Assembly: GCA_965217895.1 (NCBI GenBank)
Contig: CBDCJV010000002.1
Coordinates: forward strand, 2,144,001 to 2,208,000
Length of the DNA stretch: 64,000 nt
Origin: Waterburya sp.
GTDB taxonomy: Bacteria > Cyanobacteriota > Cyanobacteriia > Cyanobacteriales > Xenococcaceae
Reading direction: 5' to 3'
Shown: positions 19,257 through 29,562 of the stretch, one piece after another
How the letters are laid out: each line of letters opens with the position of its first letter
How positions within the stretch are numbered: the first letter of the stretch is position 1
Translations under genes and position numbers: made by a program
Notes under the pieces: model-generated
Seen by the model: the letters and a program-made list of their open reading frames with translations, nothing else
Told to the model about the DNA's origin: nothing
Databases searched by the model: none

Positions 19257-19778
19257 TTGAGCCAACAACCATTAGACACCGTAACTATTAGCGATCCTAG
19301 CCTCGATACATTGACCCAGGAGTTAGCTGCTATTCAGCAGATTGATTCTAAACGAATCGCTTTACTAGGTTCTCGTCATGTACCTCTGATGCACCAACAG
19401 CTAATCGAAATGATGAGCTATGCTCTAGTGTTAGCAGGTAATCGCCTAGTAACTTCAGGAGCAATTGGGACAAACTCAGCAGCTATTAAAGGTGCAATGC
19501 GCGCCGATGCTAACTCACTTACGGTAATTCTTCCCCAGAGTTTATCCCGTCAGCCTAGAGAATCAAAAAAGCAATTAGAAAAAGTTATTCACCTAATCGA
19601 AAACTCCAGTAACGATCATTTATCTTTAGGTGAGGCGAGTGCTATGTGCAATAGTGAAATTATTGCCCGCAGCGATCAATTAATTTGCTTTGCTTTCCAC
19701 GATAGCGGTACTCTTTTAAAGACCTGTCAAGAAGCAGAAGAACAACGTAAAATAGTTACCCTATTTTATTTTGATTAG
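19257..19778 (+). CDS. DprA/Smf-like Rossmann-fold protein (conserved cyanobacterial)
   Basis: KRIALLGSRHVP, TSGA.GTNSAAIKGA and LICFAFHDS motifs. Confidence 0.75.
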   Translation: MSQQPLDTVTISDPSLDTLTQELAAIQQIDSKRIALLGSRHVPLMHQQLIEMMSYALVLAGNRLVTSGAIGTNSAAIKGAMRADANSLTVILPQSLSRQPRESKKQLEKVIHLIENSSNDHLSLGEASAMCNSEIIARSDQLICFAFHDSGTLLKTCQEAEEQRKIVTLFYFD

Positions 19779-19795
19779 ATAGCTTAAATAAACTT

Positions 19796-20206
19796 ATGGA
19801 TTTATCTGTTGATGTAATTCTGCTTTATTCTATAGTTGGAGCAGTGATTTTGGTCTATGCACCATTTTTGGTTGTGGCTTGGGGACGTTTACGCTCAGGA
19901 TATGACCAGTCTGCACCTCGTGCGATGTTTGATAAACTACCTGCCTTTGCTCAAAGAGCAACCTGGGCGCATCAAAATAGCTTTGAGGCTTTAACTATTT
20001 ATGGCTTGGCTGCTTTGATGGCTTACGCTACGGGAGTAGAATCAGATTGGGCAAAAATGGCGGCGATCGCTTTTTTGGTAGCCCGTTTACTTTATTCTGT
20101 ATTTTACATTCTCAATATTCCAATCGGGCGATCGCTAATGTTCGCGCTCGGCTCTTTATGCGGTTGGACTTTGTTTGCCCTCAGCATCATCCAGGCAATG
20201 AATTAA
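19796..20206 (+). CDS. MAPEG family membrane protein
   Basis: QRATWAHQNSFE motif, ARLLY, four TM helices. Confidence 0.88.
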   Translation: MDLSVDVILLYSIVGAVILVYAPFLVVAWGRLRSGYDQSAPRAMFDKLPAFAQRATWAHQNSFEALTIYGLAALMAYATGVESDWAKMAAIAFLVARLLYSVFYILNIPIGRSLMFALGSLCGWTLFALSIIQAMN

Positions 20207-20209
20207 AAG

Positions 20210-20758
20210 CTATCGCTTGACCTGGGTAATTTTAACTGTTTTTGCCTGCTTTTTCTGCAAACGTCTTTTGTGACGCGAACTAATTAAATCGCTGATGCTA
20301 TGGCTCATAGCACCCAATTCTAAGCCGAGAAGTAGAGCCATAGTTTCCTTCAAATATTTGTGAGTTAGTAAATGTGACTTGTCCAGCGCAAATTTATGCC
20401 AATTCCAGGGAAAACCCCAAAACAACTGAGCAATTCCCACCAGAAAAATAGCTAGCCAAGCGATAACAACAAATAGATACAAAACTCGAACACAAGTACC
20501 AATTATCGGACCATGAGAAAATAAAGAGCGGTGGCGGAAAAACATACGGTAAGGTATCCAGATCCCTTTCAAAAAGCCCCAGCGTTTGTATTGTATAGAG
20601 CGAATATCTAAATCGGGGCCAAACATCAGACCGCTAAACAAATATCCTCCAGAAAGAATTAGGGTCAATTCACTGCTACGGGTTAAACCGTAGGTAATTC
20701 CAACTATCCAAGGAAGAGTCCAAAGAGTAATTCGATCGTGGGTGTTACCAGAAGGCAT
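20210..20758 (-). CDS. DUF2227 putative metal-binding membrane protein
   Basis: MPSGNTHD, GPDLD, HRSLFSHGPIIGT and SHSISD motifs. Confidence 0.85.
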   Translation of the reverse strand: MPSGNTHDRITLWTLPWIVGITYGLTRSSELTLILSGGYLFSGLMFGPDLDIRSIQYKRWGFLKGIWIPYRMFFRHRSLFSHGPIIGTCVRVLYLFVVIAWLAIFLVGIAQLFWGFPWNWHKFALDKSHLLTHKYLKETMALLLGLELGAMSHSISDLISSRHKRRLQKKQAKTVKITQVKR

Positions 20759-20892
20759 AGGTTAATTCATCGATCAATGTAGCTAGGATAAAGTATTTTG
20801 AAAAGAATGAAAAATAATTAATCCTCAAAATATCAAAATAAAACACCTTTTTAGCAAGAAGGAAGCCCGCGTCCCCCATTCTTCAAAGCCTG

Positions 20893-22155
20893 TTAGCGTT
20901 GAGCTAGTTTTGGTGTTTTGCCTAGTAAACCTGTCATGAGTTTTAAAGCAAAAATTTTTAGTGGCTTTAAATAGCTGATTAACCATAATCCTAAACGACG
21001 AAATACCACCATAGGCAGCCAATCGTTAGAAAACATTCGGTCTAATAAATCTGTAAAGCCCAGGATAGCTAGATTTTCTATTTTCCGCCAGCCTTCATAG
21101 CGTTGCAAAACTTTGAGATCGCCAATGTCTTGTCCTTGCTGATGAGCAGTCTGCAATACCTCAGCTAAACTAGCAGCGTCGCGAATACCTAAGTTTAAGC
21201 CCTGTCCACCAACGGGATGACAACAGTGAGCAGCATCTCCCACTAAAGCAAGGCGAGAACGAATATAGCGATCGCACTGCATTAACTGTACAGGAAAAAC
21301 AAGGCGATCGCTTACTAGCTCCAAATCTCCTAAAACCCCTCCTGTATAGGTTTGTAGTTTCGCTAAAAAATCAGTTTCGTTCAATTCTGCCAAAGCCTTT
21401 GCTTCTGCATGAGGATGTGTCCAGACAATTTGACAGCGATTTCCTGGTAAGGGCAATACTCCCATTGGGCCACTGGGCCAAAAACGTTCAAAGGCAGTAT
21501 TATTTTCTAAGGCAGTATGCTTAATTGTAAACGCCACGCAGGATTGCCAGTACTTCCAGCCACGGGCTTTAATTGCTGCTAAACTGCGAATGTGCGATCG
21601 CGCTCCATCTGCTCCTACTACTAGTTTAGTTTTGATTAAACGTTTTGACTGGTTTACTTTGACCTCTATAAGCGAAAAAGTTTTCTCCGTTACGACGTTT
21701 GTTACTTCTCCAGGACAAAGCCAGGTAAGGTTAGGGCAATCTGCAAGGTGCTTTTGGAGGGCGGTTAAAACTATGTTGTGTTGAGCTACGTAGCCTAAAT
21801 ACTCTCCTGGAAAATCTTGCGCGCCGAACCTTACCTGTTGAGGATAATTCCCATCAGATAGGCTGATATTGCTGTATTTGCCAATGTAAGGCACTATTTT
21901 GTCCCAAATACCAATGCCCTGATAAATACGACTAGATAAGGGAGAAAAAGCATAAGCTTGGGTTTTTGCTGCTGCCAGCTCTAATGGTCGAGCTTCAATA
22001 ATAATTATCCTCAAGCCAGAATCTTTTAAGGCTGCTGCTAAAGTTGCACCGACAATGCCACCACCGACAATTGCTAAATCGCAGTTTAAATCTGCTGAAT
22101 CTGCCGAACTAATTTCTGGTTGCTTTTTGACTAACATTCTTAAAGGATTGTCCAA
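20893..22155 (-). CDS. FAD-dependent hydroxylase, UbiH/COQ6 family
   Basis: GGGIVG, GADGARS and GDAAHCCHPVGGQGLNLGIRDA motifs. Confidence 0.9.
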   Translation of the reverse strand: MDNPLRMLVKKQPEISSADSADLNCDLAIVGGGIVGATLAAALKDSGLRIIIIEARPLELAAAKTQAYAFSPLSSRIYQGIGIWDKIVPYIGKYSNISLSDGNYPQQVRFGAQDFPGEYLGYVAQHNIVLTALQKHLADCPNLTWLCPGEVTNVVTEKTFSLIEVKVNQSKRLIKTKLVVGADGARSHIRSLAAIKARGWKYWQSCVAFTIKHTALENNTAFERFWPSGPMGVLPLPGNRCQIVWTHPHAEAKALAELNETDFLAKLQTYTGGVLGDLELVSDRLVFPVQLMQCDRYIRSRLALVGDAAHCCHPVGGQGLNLGIRDAASLAEVLQTAHQQGQDIGDLKVLQRYEGWRKIENLAILGFTDLLDRMFSNDWLPMVVFRRLGLWLISYLKPLKIFALKLMTGLLGKTPKLAQR

Positions 22156-22267
22156 GAAAATAATATATGAGTATATATACTTCTCTTTATTGTGACGCGA
22201 TCGGCATTTAAGAACAAGTTTTGAAGGGTTAAGAGATGAAAGATAAAGGATGAGGAAAAATCAAAAG

Positions 22268-22453
22268 CTATTGTCCAAACTCGACTCTAGCTTGTTCTAC
22301 AATCTCGGCAGTAACTTCTTCTAATTCTGCTGCTCGTGCGAGCGCTTCAATTTTTTGGCGTGCTTGGGGACGAGCAAAAAAGGGAATCATTTTTAGTTTT
22401 GTCTGTGCTTGAAGTGTCCAGGATAAGTCATCGGTTAAATTAAAGTTATTCAT
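22268..22453 (-). CDS. Stand-alone PCP-reductase (ChlB C-terminal-like) domain protein
   Basis: WT..A..KLK.IPFF.R..AR..IE..A.....VT motif. Confidence 0.8.
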   Translation of the reverse strand: MNNFNLTDDLSWTLQAQTKLKMIPFFARPQARQKIEALARAAELEEVTAEIVEQARVEFGQ

Positions 22454-22668
22454 TGCTAACCTCTTAATTTTCGCTATAAATTTATTTTTATTGTAAATTC
22501 TGATTTTTACTCAGGCTTAACTAACTTAGCTAAAGTTAACTTCCAATTTTGGCTATGTTGGTAGTTTTTAATACAAAACATAAGTCTAATACTGAGATTA
22601 GATGAATAGCAGTCCGTTCTTGTTCTATTTCCCATGTAGTCAAGACTTCTCAAGACAGCAAGTAGAGT

Positions 22669-23727
22669 ATGCAGGAGTCATTTAAGCGCGTTTTTACGGG
22701 AACAATTATTTTTGTTCTCACTTTAATCATTGCAGTAATTGGTTATGTCTTATTTGGTTGGTCGTTATTAGACTCCATTTACATGGTAGTAATTACCATT
22801 TTTGGTGTTGGTTATGGGGAAGTGCATCCTTTAACAACTCCACCAGAAAAGATTTTTACCATGATGGTAATTTTGGCGGGAACAACATCGGCAGTATATA
22901 TCGTAGGGGGTTTTATACAGATGGTTGCAGAAGGAGAAATTCATAAGGCGTTAGATACTCATCGTCTGGATAAACATATAAAAAGCTTAGAAAATCACGC
23001 TATTATCTGTGGTTTTGGGCGCATGGGGCAAATAATGGCTCAACAACTTCTTAAGGATCACCAGAAGTTTGTTATCCTCGACCGAGAAAGCGATCGCGTT
23101 GCTAAAGCAGAACGAATGGGCTACTTAGCTACAATGGGAAATGCTACAGACGAAAACTTGCTGATATCCGTCGGCATCGAAAAAGCCAGAGTTTTAGCTA
23201 CAGTCTTACCAGATGATGCTGCTAACGTATTTATTACTTTAACAGCCCGTGGCTTGAACCAACGTTTAATTATCCTCGCACGAGGAGAGTTACCCACCAC
23301 AGAAAAGAAATTGAAGTTAGCAGGGGCAGATCGGGTGGTTTTACCTGCTATTATTGGCGGGATGCGGATGGCAAATTTAATTACCCGTCCCACTGCTACA
23401 GATTTTCTCAAAAGTAAAAGCGATCGCCATTATCTTGATGAACTATTGGGTCAAATCAATGTGCAGATTGATGAATTAGTGATTAACAAAAGTTCGCCTT
23501 TAGCAAATAAAAGTGTTGGTCAACTTGAAGTACAAGGTAAGGGAACTTTTATTATTGTTGCTATCCGTCGCGAGGATAAAACCGTAATTAAAAATCCCGA
23601 TCGCAGCGTTATGCTAAGAACAGGAGATACAGTTATTGTCATGGGACATGAGGGTGATATTCCTAAATTTGCCAAATTTAATGAGCTAAAAAGCAAAATG
23701 CGCTATCGAGGTTCGAGCATTGGGTAA
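22669..23727 (+). CDS. Two-TM potassium channel with TrkA-N/TrkA-C (RCK) domains
   Basis: Pore ITIFGVGYGEV, Rossmann ICGFGRMG, C-terminal TrkA-C. Confidence 0.9.
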   Translation: MQESFKRVFTGTIIFVLTLIIAVIGYVLFGWSLLDSIYMVVITIFGVGYGEVHPLTTPPEKIFTMMVILAGTTSAVYIVGGFIQMVAEGEIHKALDTHRLDKHIKSLENHAIICGFGRMGQIMAQQLLKDHQKFVILDRESDRVAKAERMGYLATMGNATDENLLISVGIEKARVLATVLPDDAANVFITLTARGLNQRLIILARGELPTTEKKLKLAGADRVVLPAIIGGMRMANLITRPTATDFLKSKSDRHYLDELLGQINVQIDELVINKSSPLANKSVGQLEVQGKGTFIIVAIRREDKTVIKNPDRSVMLRTGDTVIVMGHEGDIPKFAKFNELKSKMRYRGSSIG

Positions 23728-23740
23728 ACATTGAACATTG

Positions 23741-23790
23741 CGAGACAAAACCGTTGCGGGGGTTTCCCCCGTTGAGGTTATTGTCGAGGG
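23741..23790. repeat. Small dispersed palindromic repeat with flanking heptamer tandems
   Basis: GACAA.ACC gttGCGGGGGtttCCCCCGTtga GGT.aTTGTC hairpin between AACATTG and GAGCATT tandem repeats. Confidence 0.7.
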
Positions 23791-23896
23791 TGAGCATTGA
23801 GCATTGAGAAATTATTGCTTTTGGTAGATTAGCTAGAAATAAAAGTTATTTACGATTAAAACAGTAAATATAAAATATTTCCAGGAAATACTAATT

Positions 23897-24067
23897 ATGA
23901 GTACTGAAGACAAATCCAAAAAAATGGCTGACGAGTATGGCATGAAGGCTAAAGAAGCTATGGATAAAGTTACTGACGAACAACCTCCCGAGGTCGCCGA
24001 AAGAGTGGATAAAGTACAAAATGCTGTAGAGAAAACAATTGATTCGACAAAAGACGCTGTTAGCTAA
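23897..24067 (+). CDS. Small hydrophilic CsbD/LEA-like protein (56 aa, not in ORF track)
   Basis: MSTEDKSKKMADEYGMKAKEAMDKVTDEQPPEVAERVDKVQNAVEKTIDSTKDAVS*; AGGA upstream; followed by a hairpin. Confidence 0.7.
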   Translation: MSTEDKSKKMADEYGMKAKEAMDKVTDEQPPEVAERVDKVQNAVEKTIDSTKDAVS

Positions 24068-24085
24068 AGCGGATATTTGTCTCAA

Positions 24086-24114
24086 GTTAGAGAGAATTAT
24101 TAATTCTCTCTAAC
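24086..24114. terminator. Hairpin between convergent genes
   Basis: GTTAGAGAGAATTA-T-TAATTCTCTCTAAC perfect 14-bp stem. Confidence 0.6.
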
Positions 24115-24131
24115 TCTCTAGCTGTTGATTA

Positions 24132-24830
24132 TCAATTGATAAAATTAAAATAAATAGATAAAGGTAAGATTATAAAACCAGTCGCAATTAGAATAGCTAA
24201 GATAAGGGCGATCGCATATACAAAAGGACTTATTTTAGAGTTAAGCAGCCCAATAGATTGCCAAGCACTCCAAATACCGTGACGCAGATGGAAAGCTAGC
24301 ATAATCATCACTCCTGTATAACCAAAGGCATAGGCTGGATTACGGAATTTTTCAATTACTAAACGAGACAGGTTGCGCATCTCAACCCCATTAATGATGG
24401 TTGTGTAATATGTCCCAAACTTAAAAGTTGCTAGATGCAGTACCAAAAACCCTAGCAATACAACCCCAGTAATAAGCATACTGCGCGAACTCAAAGACTG
24501 TTTGCTAGGCTCACCTACGCTTTTGATTTGGCTATAGCCAATTGGTCTTGCTTGCAAAGTATTTAATCTAATTTTAATTCCAACTAATATGTGTAATATT
24601 GCCAACCCTAATAAGCTAAACTCAATGACATATAGTAGAATGCCCAAACTTTCGAGAAAATGCGCTAGCTGATTATACGCCTTACTACCAGCTAACAAAG
24701 TCAAATTTCCCGCCATGTGAACTAGGACAAACAAAGACAAACTCAAGCCTGTAATGCCTGTAATAATTTTTTTACCGATGGGAGAAGTATAAAAGTTAAT
24801 TAGCTTTGGGCGATCGCTACTTATAGTCAT
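24132..24830 (-). CDS. sdhC: Succinate dehydrogenase cytochrome b558 subunit
   Basis: SPIGKKIITGITG, HMAGNL, FLVLHL and FHLRHGIWSAWQSIG heme-ligand helices. Confidence 0.88.
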   Translation of the reverse strand: MTISSDRPKLINFYTSPIGKKIITGITGLSLSLFVLVHMAGNLTLLAGSKAYNQLAHFLESLGILLYVIEFSLLGLAILHILVGIKIRLNTLQARPIGYSQIKSVGEPSKQSLSSRSMLITGVVLLGFLVLHLATFKFGTYYTTIINGVEMRNLSRLVIEKFRNPAYAFGYTGVMIMLAFHLRHGIWSAWQSIGLLNSKISPFVYAIALILAILIATGFIILPLSIYFNFIN

Positions 24831-24955
24831 AACAATTTTAGTAATCCGTACGATTCATTGTAAGCCTTGTTTCTAAGGTTCTGCCAACGGTTCAATTTAA
24901 AAACCCAACGATATTTAAATTATTACTCATTACTTGTTACCTAAGCATAGCGATA

Positions 24956-26512
24956 CTAAACTCCACTACCCAAAACAAACAAACTAATTAACGTGCCACT
25001 ATTCCAGAGGCTATGAAGTAACATTGGAGCTAAGAGATTACGCGATCGCGTGTAGACCACTCCTAAGACAATACCTAAAGTAGCTAAAGGTAAAACTTCT
25101 GATAAGCTCAAGTGAGCGATCGCAAAAATAAAGCCACTCAGAACAATTGCACTCCACACTGGCATATAGCGAGTCAAAGAAGGTAACAAAAAACCTCTAA
25201 ACATTATCTCTTCAAAAATCGGTGCGGCGATCGAGGCTGTACTAAAAAATACTGCTAACGCTACTTTATCTTGTGCTTGCAAAGCTAAAAATAGCAATGG
25301 GTTACTTCCTCCTTGTCCGTGCCATATTTGCTGATTAATCAAAGACACCAATAAGACTAAAGGTACAGCAGCTAAATAGCCTCCAAACCCCCAAATAAAC
25401 CAGTTACTTTTCAGCTTAAATTTAAACCAGTCTTCAGGTAAGGGAAGAAAAGACTTAATTGAAAAATAAAGTACTGAAATACCTCCTGCGGCCATCAAGA
25501 AATAAGTCGCCAAAACATATAAAGCCTTAATTCTGAGAGAGAAAACGGCAGGGTTAAGCTTAAAAATGCCTAATAATAAAGGCAGTACAAAAATAGGTAA
25601 GACAACTTGACTAATAAAGAAAAAGCCGACAATTAAAACCTGCCAGGTTATTTCCCAATCCCAAGGAGTTTCCCATCTGTTGTTATTGTTTATAGCCAGA
25701 ATCGCCGTCTCTTTTTTGGTCAACCGTTGCACAATTAAGAAGACCAATAAAATTACTCCACCTGTGCCACCAAAAACAGGAATACCACTAATTACGGCTA
25801 GCTTGATGACTGAATTGGTAGCAATTTGTATTTCTTTGTTTTCTAGCGCAGCTAAATCATCTGTCAGATTGTTAACCCGATCCAATTTTGCCAAAGCCTG
25901 ATAGCGAAACCAACTATCTAAATTGTTTTCTATAGTTGCCATGCTTGCATCTAATTCTGGAGATTTACCTTGCCATAGTTGCTTGAGTAGCGTTGCCGTT
26001 TGCACATAATTATCTTCAGGGTTGTCGATTTGCTTAATTTCCCGCTCCCAAATTGTAACTGCCTCTTCTGGCTTACCCTGTACCGCCATTAAGATTCCTT
26101 GTTTTAGACCTAATTCATTAATAAAGCGATCTAATTCGTTTATCTGCTGCTTTAGCTGTCTTTTTTGAGCATTTGCTTCAGGGTTATTGCTGTCTATATT
26201 AGTTTTTTCTAACTGCTGTAGCTTAGATCTAAAAGTCTTACGACTAGCTGCTGATTCTTGGCGAACTTTTTGATACTGCTTGCTGGCTGAGGAGTAAGGA
26301 TCTTCGCCCACTAAGGAATCGACTGCACTGTTAAGATCGAACTCATCTGTGGGATTAGATTTAAATTCTGCTACCTGGAGGACTAAATTAGTTTGATATA
26401 GCTCTAAACGGCTTTGAATCTGTGGTTGGGAAAGACTGTTGTTTAGAGAAAAGCCAATCATGGCGATCGCAAATATGGTCAGTAAAGCTAGAATTATTCG
26501 CTTAAGTGTCAT
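24956..26512 (-). CDS. CPBP/Abi (CAAX protease-like) intramembrane metalloprotease
   Basis: EEIMFRG, FAIAH and HSLWN motifs; long soluble N-terminal region. Confidence 0.9.
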   Translation of the reverse strand: MTLKRIILALLTIFAIAMIGFSLNNSLSQPQIQSRLELYQTNLVLQVAEFKSNPTDEFDLNSAVDSLVGEDPYSSASKQYQKVRQESAASRKTFRSKLQQLEKTNIDSNNPEANAQKRQLKQQINELDRFINELGLKQGILMAVQGKPEEAVTIWEREIKQIDNPEDNYVQTATLLKQLWQGKSPELDASMATIENNLDSWFRYQALAKLDRVNNLTDDLAALENKEIQIATNSVIKLAVISGIPVFGGTGGVILLVFLIVQRLTKKETAILAINNNNRWETPWDWEITWQVLIVGFFFISQVVLPIFVLPLLLGIFKLNPAVFSLRIKALYVLATYFLMAAGGISVLYFSIKSFLPLPEDWFKFKLKSNWFIWGFGGYLAAVPLVLLVSLINQQIWHGQGGSNPLLFLALQAQDKVALAVFFSTASIAAPIFEEIMFRGFLLPSLTRYMPVWSAIVLSGFIFAIAHLSLSEVLPLATLGIVLGVVYTRSRNLLAPMLLHSLWNSGTLISLFVLGSGV

Positions 26513-26627
26513 TAGATAGGGAAATTAATAATCATTATTTTCTTATATGCCTTTGGCATTATCCCCTTTCCGAGAATACTTATCAATCTTTTGACAACTC
26601 AATACCTTTTTCTGACTTCTGACTTTT

Positions 26628-26759
26628 GTACGGGCGAACAGCCCTAAAGGGTGCGGTAGTCGCTCTTTGCTGGAAACCAACACCGCAAGCGTGGAATAAG
26701 CTGCTTACGAAGCAGCATTTCCGCTTGCAAAGACCAAGCTACCTTACCGTTCGCCCCTA
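26628..26759. repeat. Nested composite of palindromic repeats inside a GTAGGGGCGAACGGCCGTTCGCCCCTAC-type REP element
   Basis: Outer GTACGGGCGAAC...GTTCGCCCCTA; inner GGTAG/CTACC, CTTTGC/GCAAAG, GCAAGCG.GGAA/TTCCGCTTGC and GCTGCTT/AAGCAGC stems; flanked by TTCTGAC tandems. Confidence 0.75.
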
Positions 26760-26869
26760 ACTGATTTCTGACTTTTTTTGGCAACTAATGAATAAAAACT
26801 TACGATCCAGGAGATTCGTCGGTTTGTGGATACAATAACGGAGGTGAATCAATTTGGAGGATTAAAAGA

Positions 26870-28210
26870 TTGGCTACTCGTGTAATTATCGTTCGTCATG
26901 GAAAAAGCACCTTTAACGCTCAGAAGATAATTCAGGGTCGTTGTAATGAATCTGTCTTAACTGACAAAGGGATTGCTGACGCGCAACAGGTAGGACAAGC
27001 TCTCAGTGACATAAAGATTGATGCCTTTTATTGTAGTCCCTTACAGCGAGCAAAACAGACGGCAGAGACGATCCATGCAGGTTTGGTCAATCTTCCCGAT
27101 CTAGAGCCTACAGACAAATTGATGGAAATTGATTTACCTTTGTGGGAAAAACTAAAAAAAGACGAAGTAATGTCGAGATTTGCTGATGATTATCGTCAGT
27201 GGAAAGAAAATCCGCAAGAATTTAAGATGATTCTCGAAGATGGTACAGAACACTACCCTGTACTAGCTCTCTATCAACAGGCACAAGACTTCTGGCGTGA
27301 AACTATTGCCCAGCATTTTGGCAAAACAATTTTGATTGTGGCTCATAACGGCATCAATCGTTGTCTAATCATGAGTGCAATTGGCATCATGAGCGATCGC
27401 TATCACTCGATTCAGCAGTCTAATTGCTGTATTAATATTCTTAACTTTACTGGGAGTTTTGGCGACCCTGTACAGCTAGAATCCCTCAATCAAACATCCC
27501 ACCTGGGTATTCCTATTCCCCCGACTCGTCCATTTCACCAAGGACCTCGTTTGTTACTGGTGCGTCATGGAGAAACTAATTGGAACAAAGAATCCCGCTT
27601 TCAGGGCGTTAGAGATATTCCCCTTAATGATAACGGGCGATCGCAAAGTCGTAAAGCTGGCACGTTTTTACAAAATGTATCCATTGATTTTGCCATCTCA
27701 AGCCCGATGATGCGTCCTAAAGAGACCGCAGAGATCATCTTGGAAGAACATCCAGATGTCAGACTAGAGACAACTTCTGGATTGATTGAAATTTGTCATG
27801 GCTTATGGGAAGGGATGTTAGAGACAGAAATAAAGGCAGAGTATCCTGACTTGCTGCAACGATGGAAAGATAAACCTGAAACAGTACAAATGCCAGAAGG
27901 CGAAAACTTACAGCAGGTTTGGGATCGAGGTGTAGCAGCCTGGAACAAAATTGCCGCTGATTACAGTAATACAGACACACCTAAAACCCTTCTGGTAGTA
28001 GCTCACGATGCCATCAACAAAGTAATTCTTTGCTATTTACTTGGCTTAAAGCCAGATAACTTTTGGAACATTAAACAGGGTAACTGTGCAGTTAGCGTCA
28101 TCGATTATCCTAACGGTGCATCGGGTAAACCAGTAATGCAAGCCATCAACATCACTACTCACTTAAGCGGTGGCAGCATCATAGACAAAACCGCAGCAGG
28201 AGCATTATAA
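26870..28210 (+). CDS. Tandem histidine phosphatase (PGM-like; probable phosphoserine phosphatase)
   Basis: Two RHG domains (VRHGKS, VRHGET) with VAHNGIN and VAHDAIN. Confidence 0.88.
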   Translation: MATRVIIVRHGKSTFNAQKIIQGRCNESVLTDKGIADAQQVGQALSDIKIDAFYCSPLQRAKQTAETIHAGLVNLPDLEPTDKLMEIDLPLWEKLKKDEVMSRFADDYRQWKENPQEFKMILEDGTEHYPVLALYQQAQDFWRETIAQHFGKTILIVAHNGINRCLIMSAIGIMSDRYHSIQQSNCCINILNFTGSFGDPVQLESLNQTSHLGIPIPPTRPFHQGPRLLLVRHGETNWNKESRFQGVRDIPLNDNGRSQSRKAGTFLQNVSIDFAISSPMMRPKETAEIILEEHPDVRLETTSGLIEICHGLWEGMLETEIKAEYPDLLQRWKDKPETVQMPEGENLQQVWDRGVAAWNKIAADYSNTDTPKTLLVVAHDAINKVILCYLLGLKPDNFWNIKQGNCAVSVIDYPNGASGKPVMQAINITTHLSGGSIIDKTAAGAL

Positions 28211-28294
28211 AAGGATGGGGTACGAGGAAAAGATATGGAAATAACGACCACATAATTCATAGTGACGATGCTATTAAGATTTTGCGATCGCAAG

Positions 28295-29431
28295 TCAATA
28301 ATGATTTTGTCTAATAGAATTTAGTAATCCTTGTGAATAGGCTTGATGAACGGCTTGAATGCGAGTTTTTGCGTTTAATTTGGTTACTGCATTATTGATG
28401 TGAAACTTAACGGTGCGATCGCTAATAAACAACTTCTTCGCAATTTCGCGATCGCGCATTCCCTCAGCTAAAAGTTGAATTATTTCTTGTTCTCTATAGG
28501 AAAGATAAATATTTTGTTTTAGGTTATGTCGATCGGGGAGAGACAACTTAATTTTAATTATATTGTTGTCTAAAACATCGGTATTGAATTTACCGCCTAT
28601 ATTACTAATAACAAAACTAAGATCCTTAAAAAGAGCTTCTATTTTTAGATTTGAATTTAAGACTAACATTGATTCTAGATCGAGGCGATCGCTTTGGTAA
28701 GTAAGACGACAATAATTACAGTTGTTTGTTTTAAGAATCTCTGCGGTTTTTAATAATATATAGTTGCCAGAAATATTTAAGGGTTTTTCCGTCCCGACTA
28801 GAATCAAACGAACGTTAGTTAAAATATTTGCTATTTGCTCAGAAAGAGGCGTATTAGCTGATAATTCTGAATTATAATGCTGTAATCGTGCTTCAGATTC
28901 TTGCTGATATAGTTGAGCATTGTTTAAAGCTACCGCTACCGAACTACAGAGTATTCTTAATGCTTCTAAAAACTCGGCTGACATTGGCTGATAACTAAAA
29001 ACTACTAGCACTCCAATTGTTTGACCTGCAATAGCTAGAGGCAAACCTGCAAAGCCACAAATCTGGTTATCAATTGCCCATTGGCGATCCTTTACCCAAG
29101 ACTCTTCTGCTAGCTGGTTACTCAAAAAAGGAATACAATTCTGGGCTATTTTTCCCACTTTATAAGCACCCATAGATACTCTGGCAAAATCGCCATCTAG
29201 ACGAGTATACAATCCCGATGAGGCAACCAAGGTGAGTGCAGTGCGATCGCTTTCTACTAGCCAAAGACGCACAAAAGAACAGTCAAAGCGATCTACCAAA
29301 CCCTCTGTTATCTTAGTTGCGATCGCTTTTGGTTCGATGCAGCCAGACAAACTTTGATTCAGGCAATTAATATTTTGTAGCTCAAATAACAGCCGAGTCG
29401 GGTTGATTAGGTCATTATTATCATCAGACAC
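28295..29431 (-). CDS. GAF + LuxR-HTH transcriptional regulator (start probably GTG 29431; ORF track start 29497)
   Basis: GAF region (LVASSGLYTRLDG.F, FAGLPL) and LSYREQEII.LLAEG..DREIA..LFISDRTVKFH. Confidence 0.85.
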   Translation of the reverse strand: MSDDNNDLINPTRLLFELQNINCLNQSLSGCIEPKAIATKITEGLVDRFDCSFVRLWLVESDRTALTLVASSGLYTRLDGDFARVSMGAYKVGKIAQNCIPFLSNQLAEESWVKDRQWAIDNQICGFAGLPLAIAGQTIGVLVVFSYQPMSAEFLEALRILCSSVAVALNNAQLYQQESEARLQHYNSELSANTPLSEQIANILTNVRLILVGTEKPLNISGNYILLKTAEILKTNNCNYCRLTYQSDRLDLESMLVLNSNLKIEALFKDLSFVISNIGGKFNTDVLDNNIIKIKLSLPDRHNLKQNIYLSYREQEIIQLLAEGMRDREIAKKLFISDRTVKFHINNAVTKLNAKTRIQAVHQAYSQGLLNSIRQNHY

Positions 29432-29489
29432 AATACGAGAAACAAATAAGCTAATACATCTATTGAGATGCAAGTTACAAATTTCTCCT

Positions 29490-29503
29490 GTATTCAAAGT
29501 TAC
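29490..29503. promoter_or_regulatory. Putative NtcA site upstream of the GAF-LuxR gene
   Basis: (T)GTA-TTCAAAGT-TAC(A). Confidence 0.55.
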
Positions 29504-29562
29504 AAATGTAGCTTAAGTTCTAATCTTGCAATTTTACTTTGGAAGTAAGATCTGATAACTTT

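Noticed and set aside
23891..24085. 64-aa minus-strand ORF
   Set aside because: The plus-strand 56-aa ORF with RBS and CsbD-like composition is the better call
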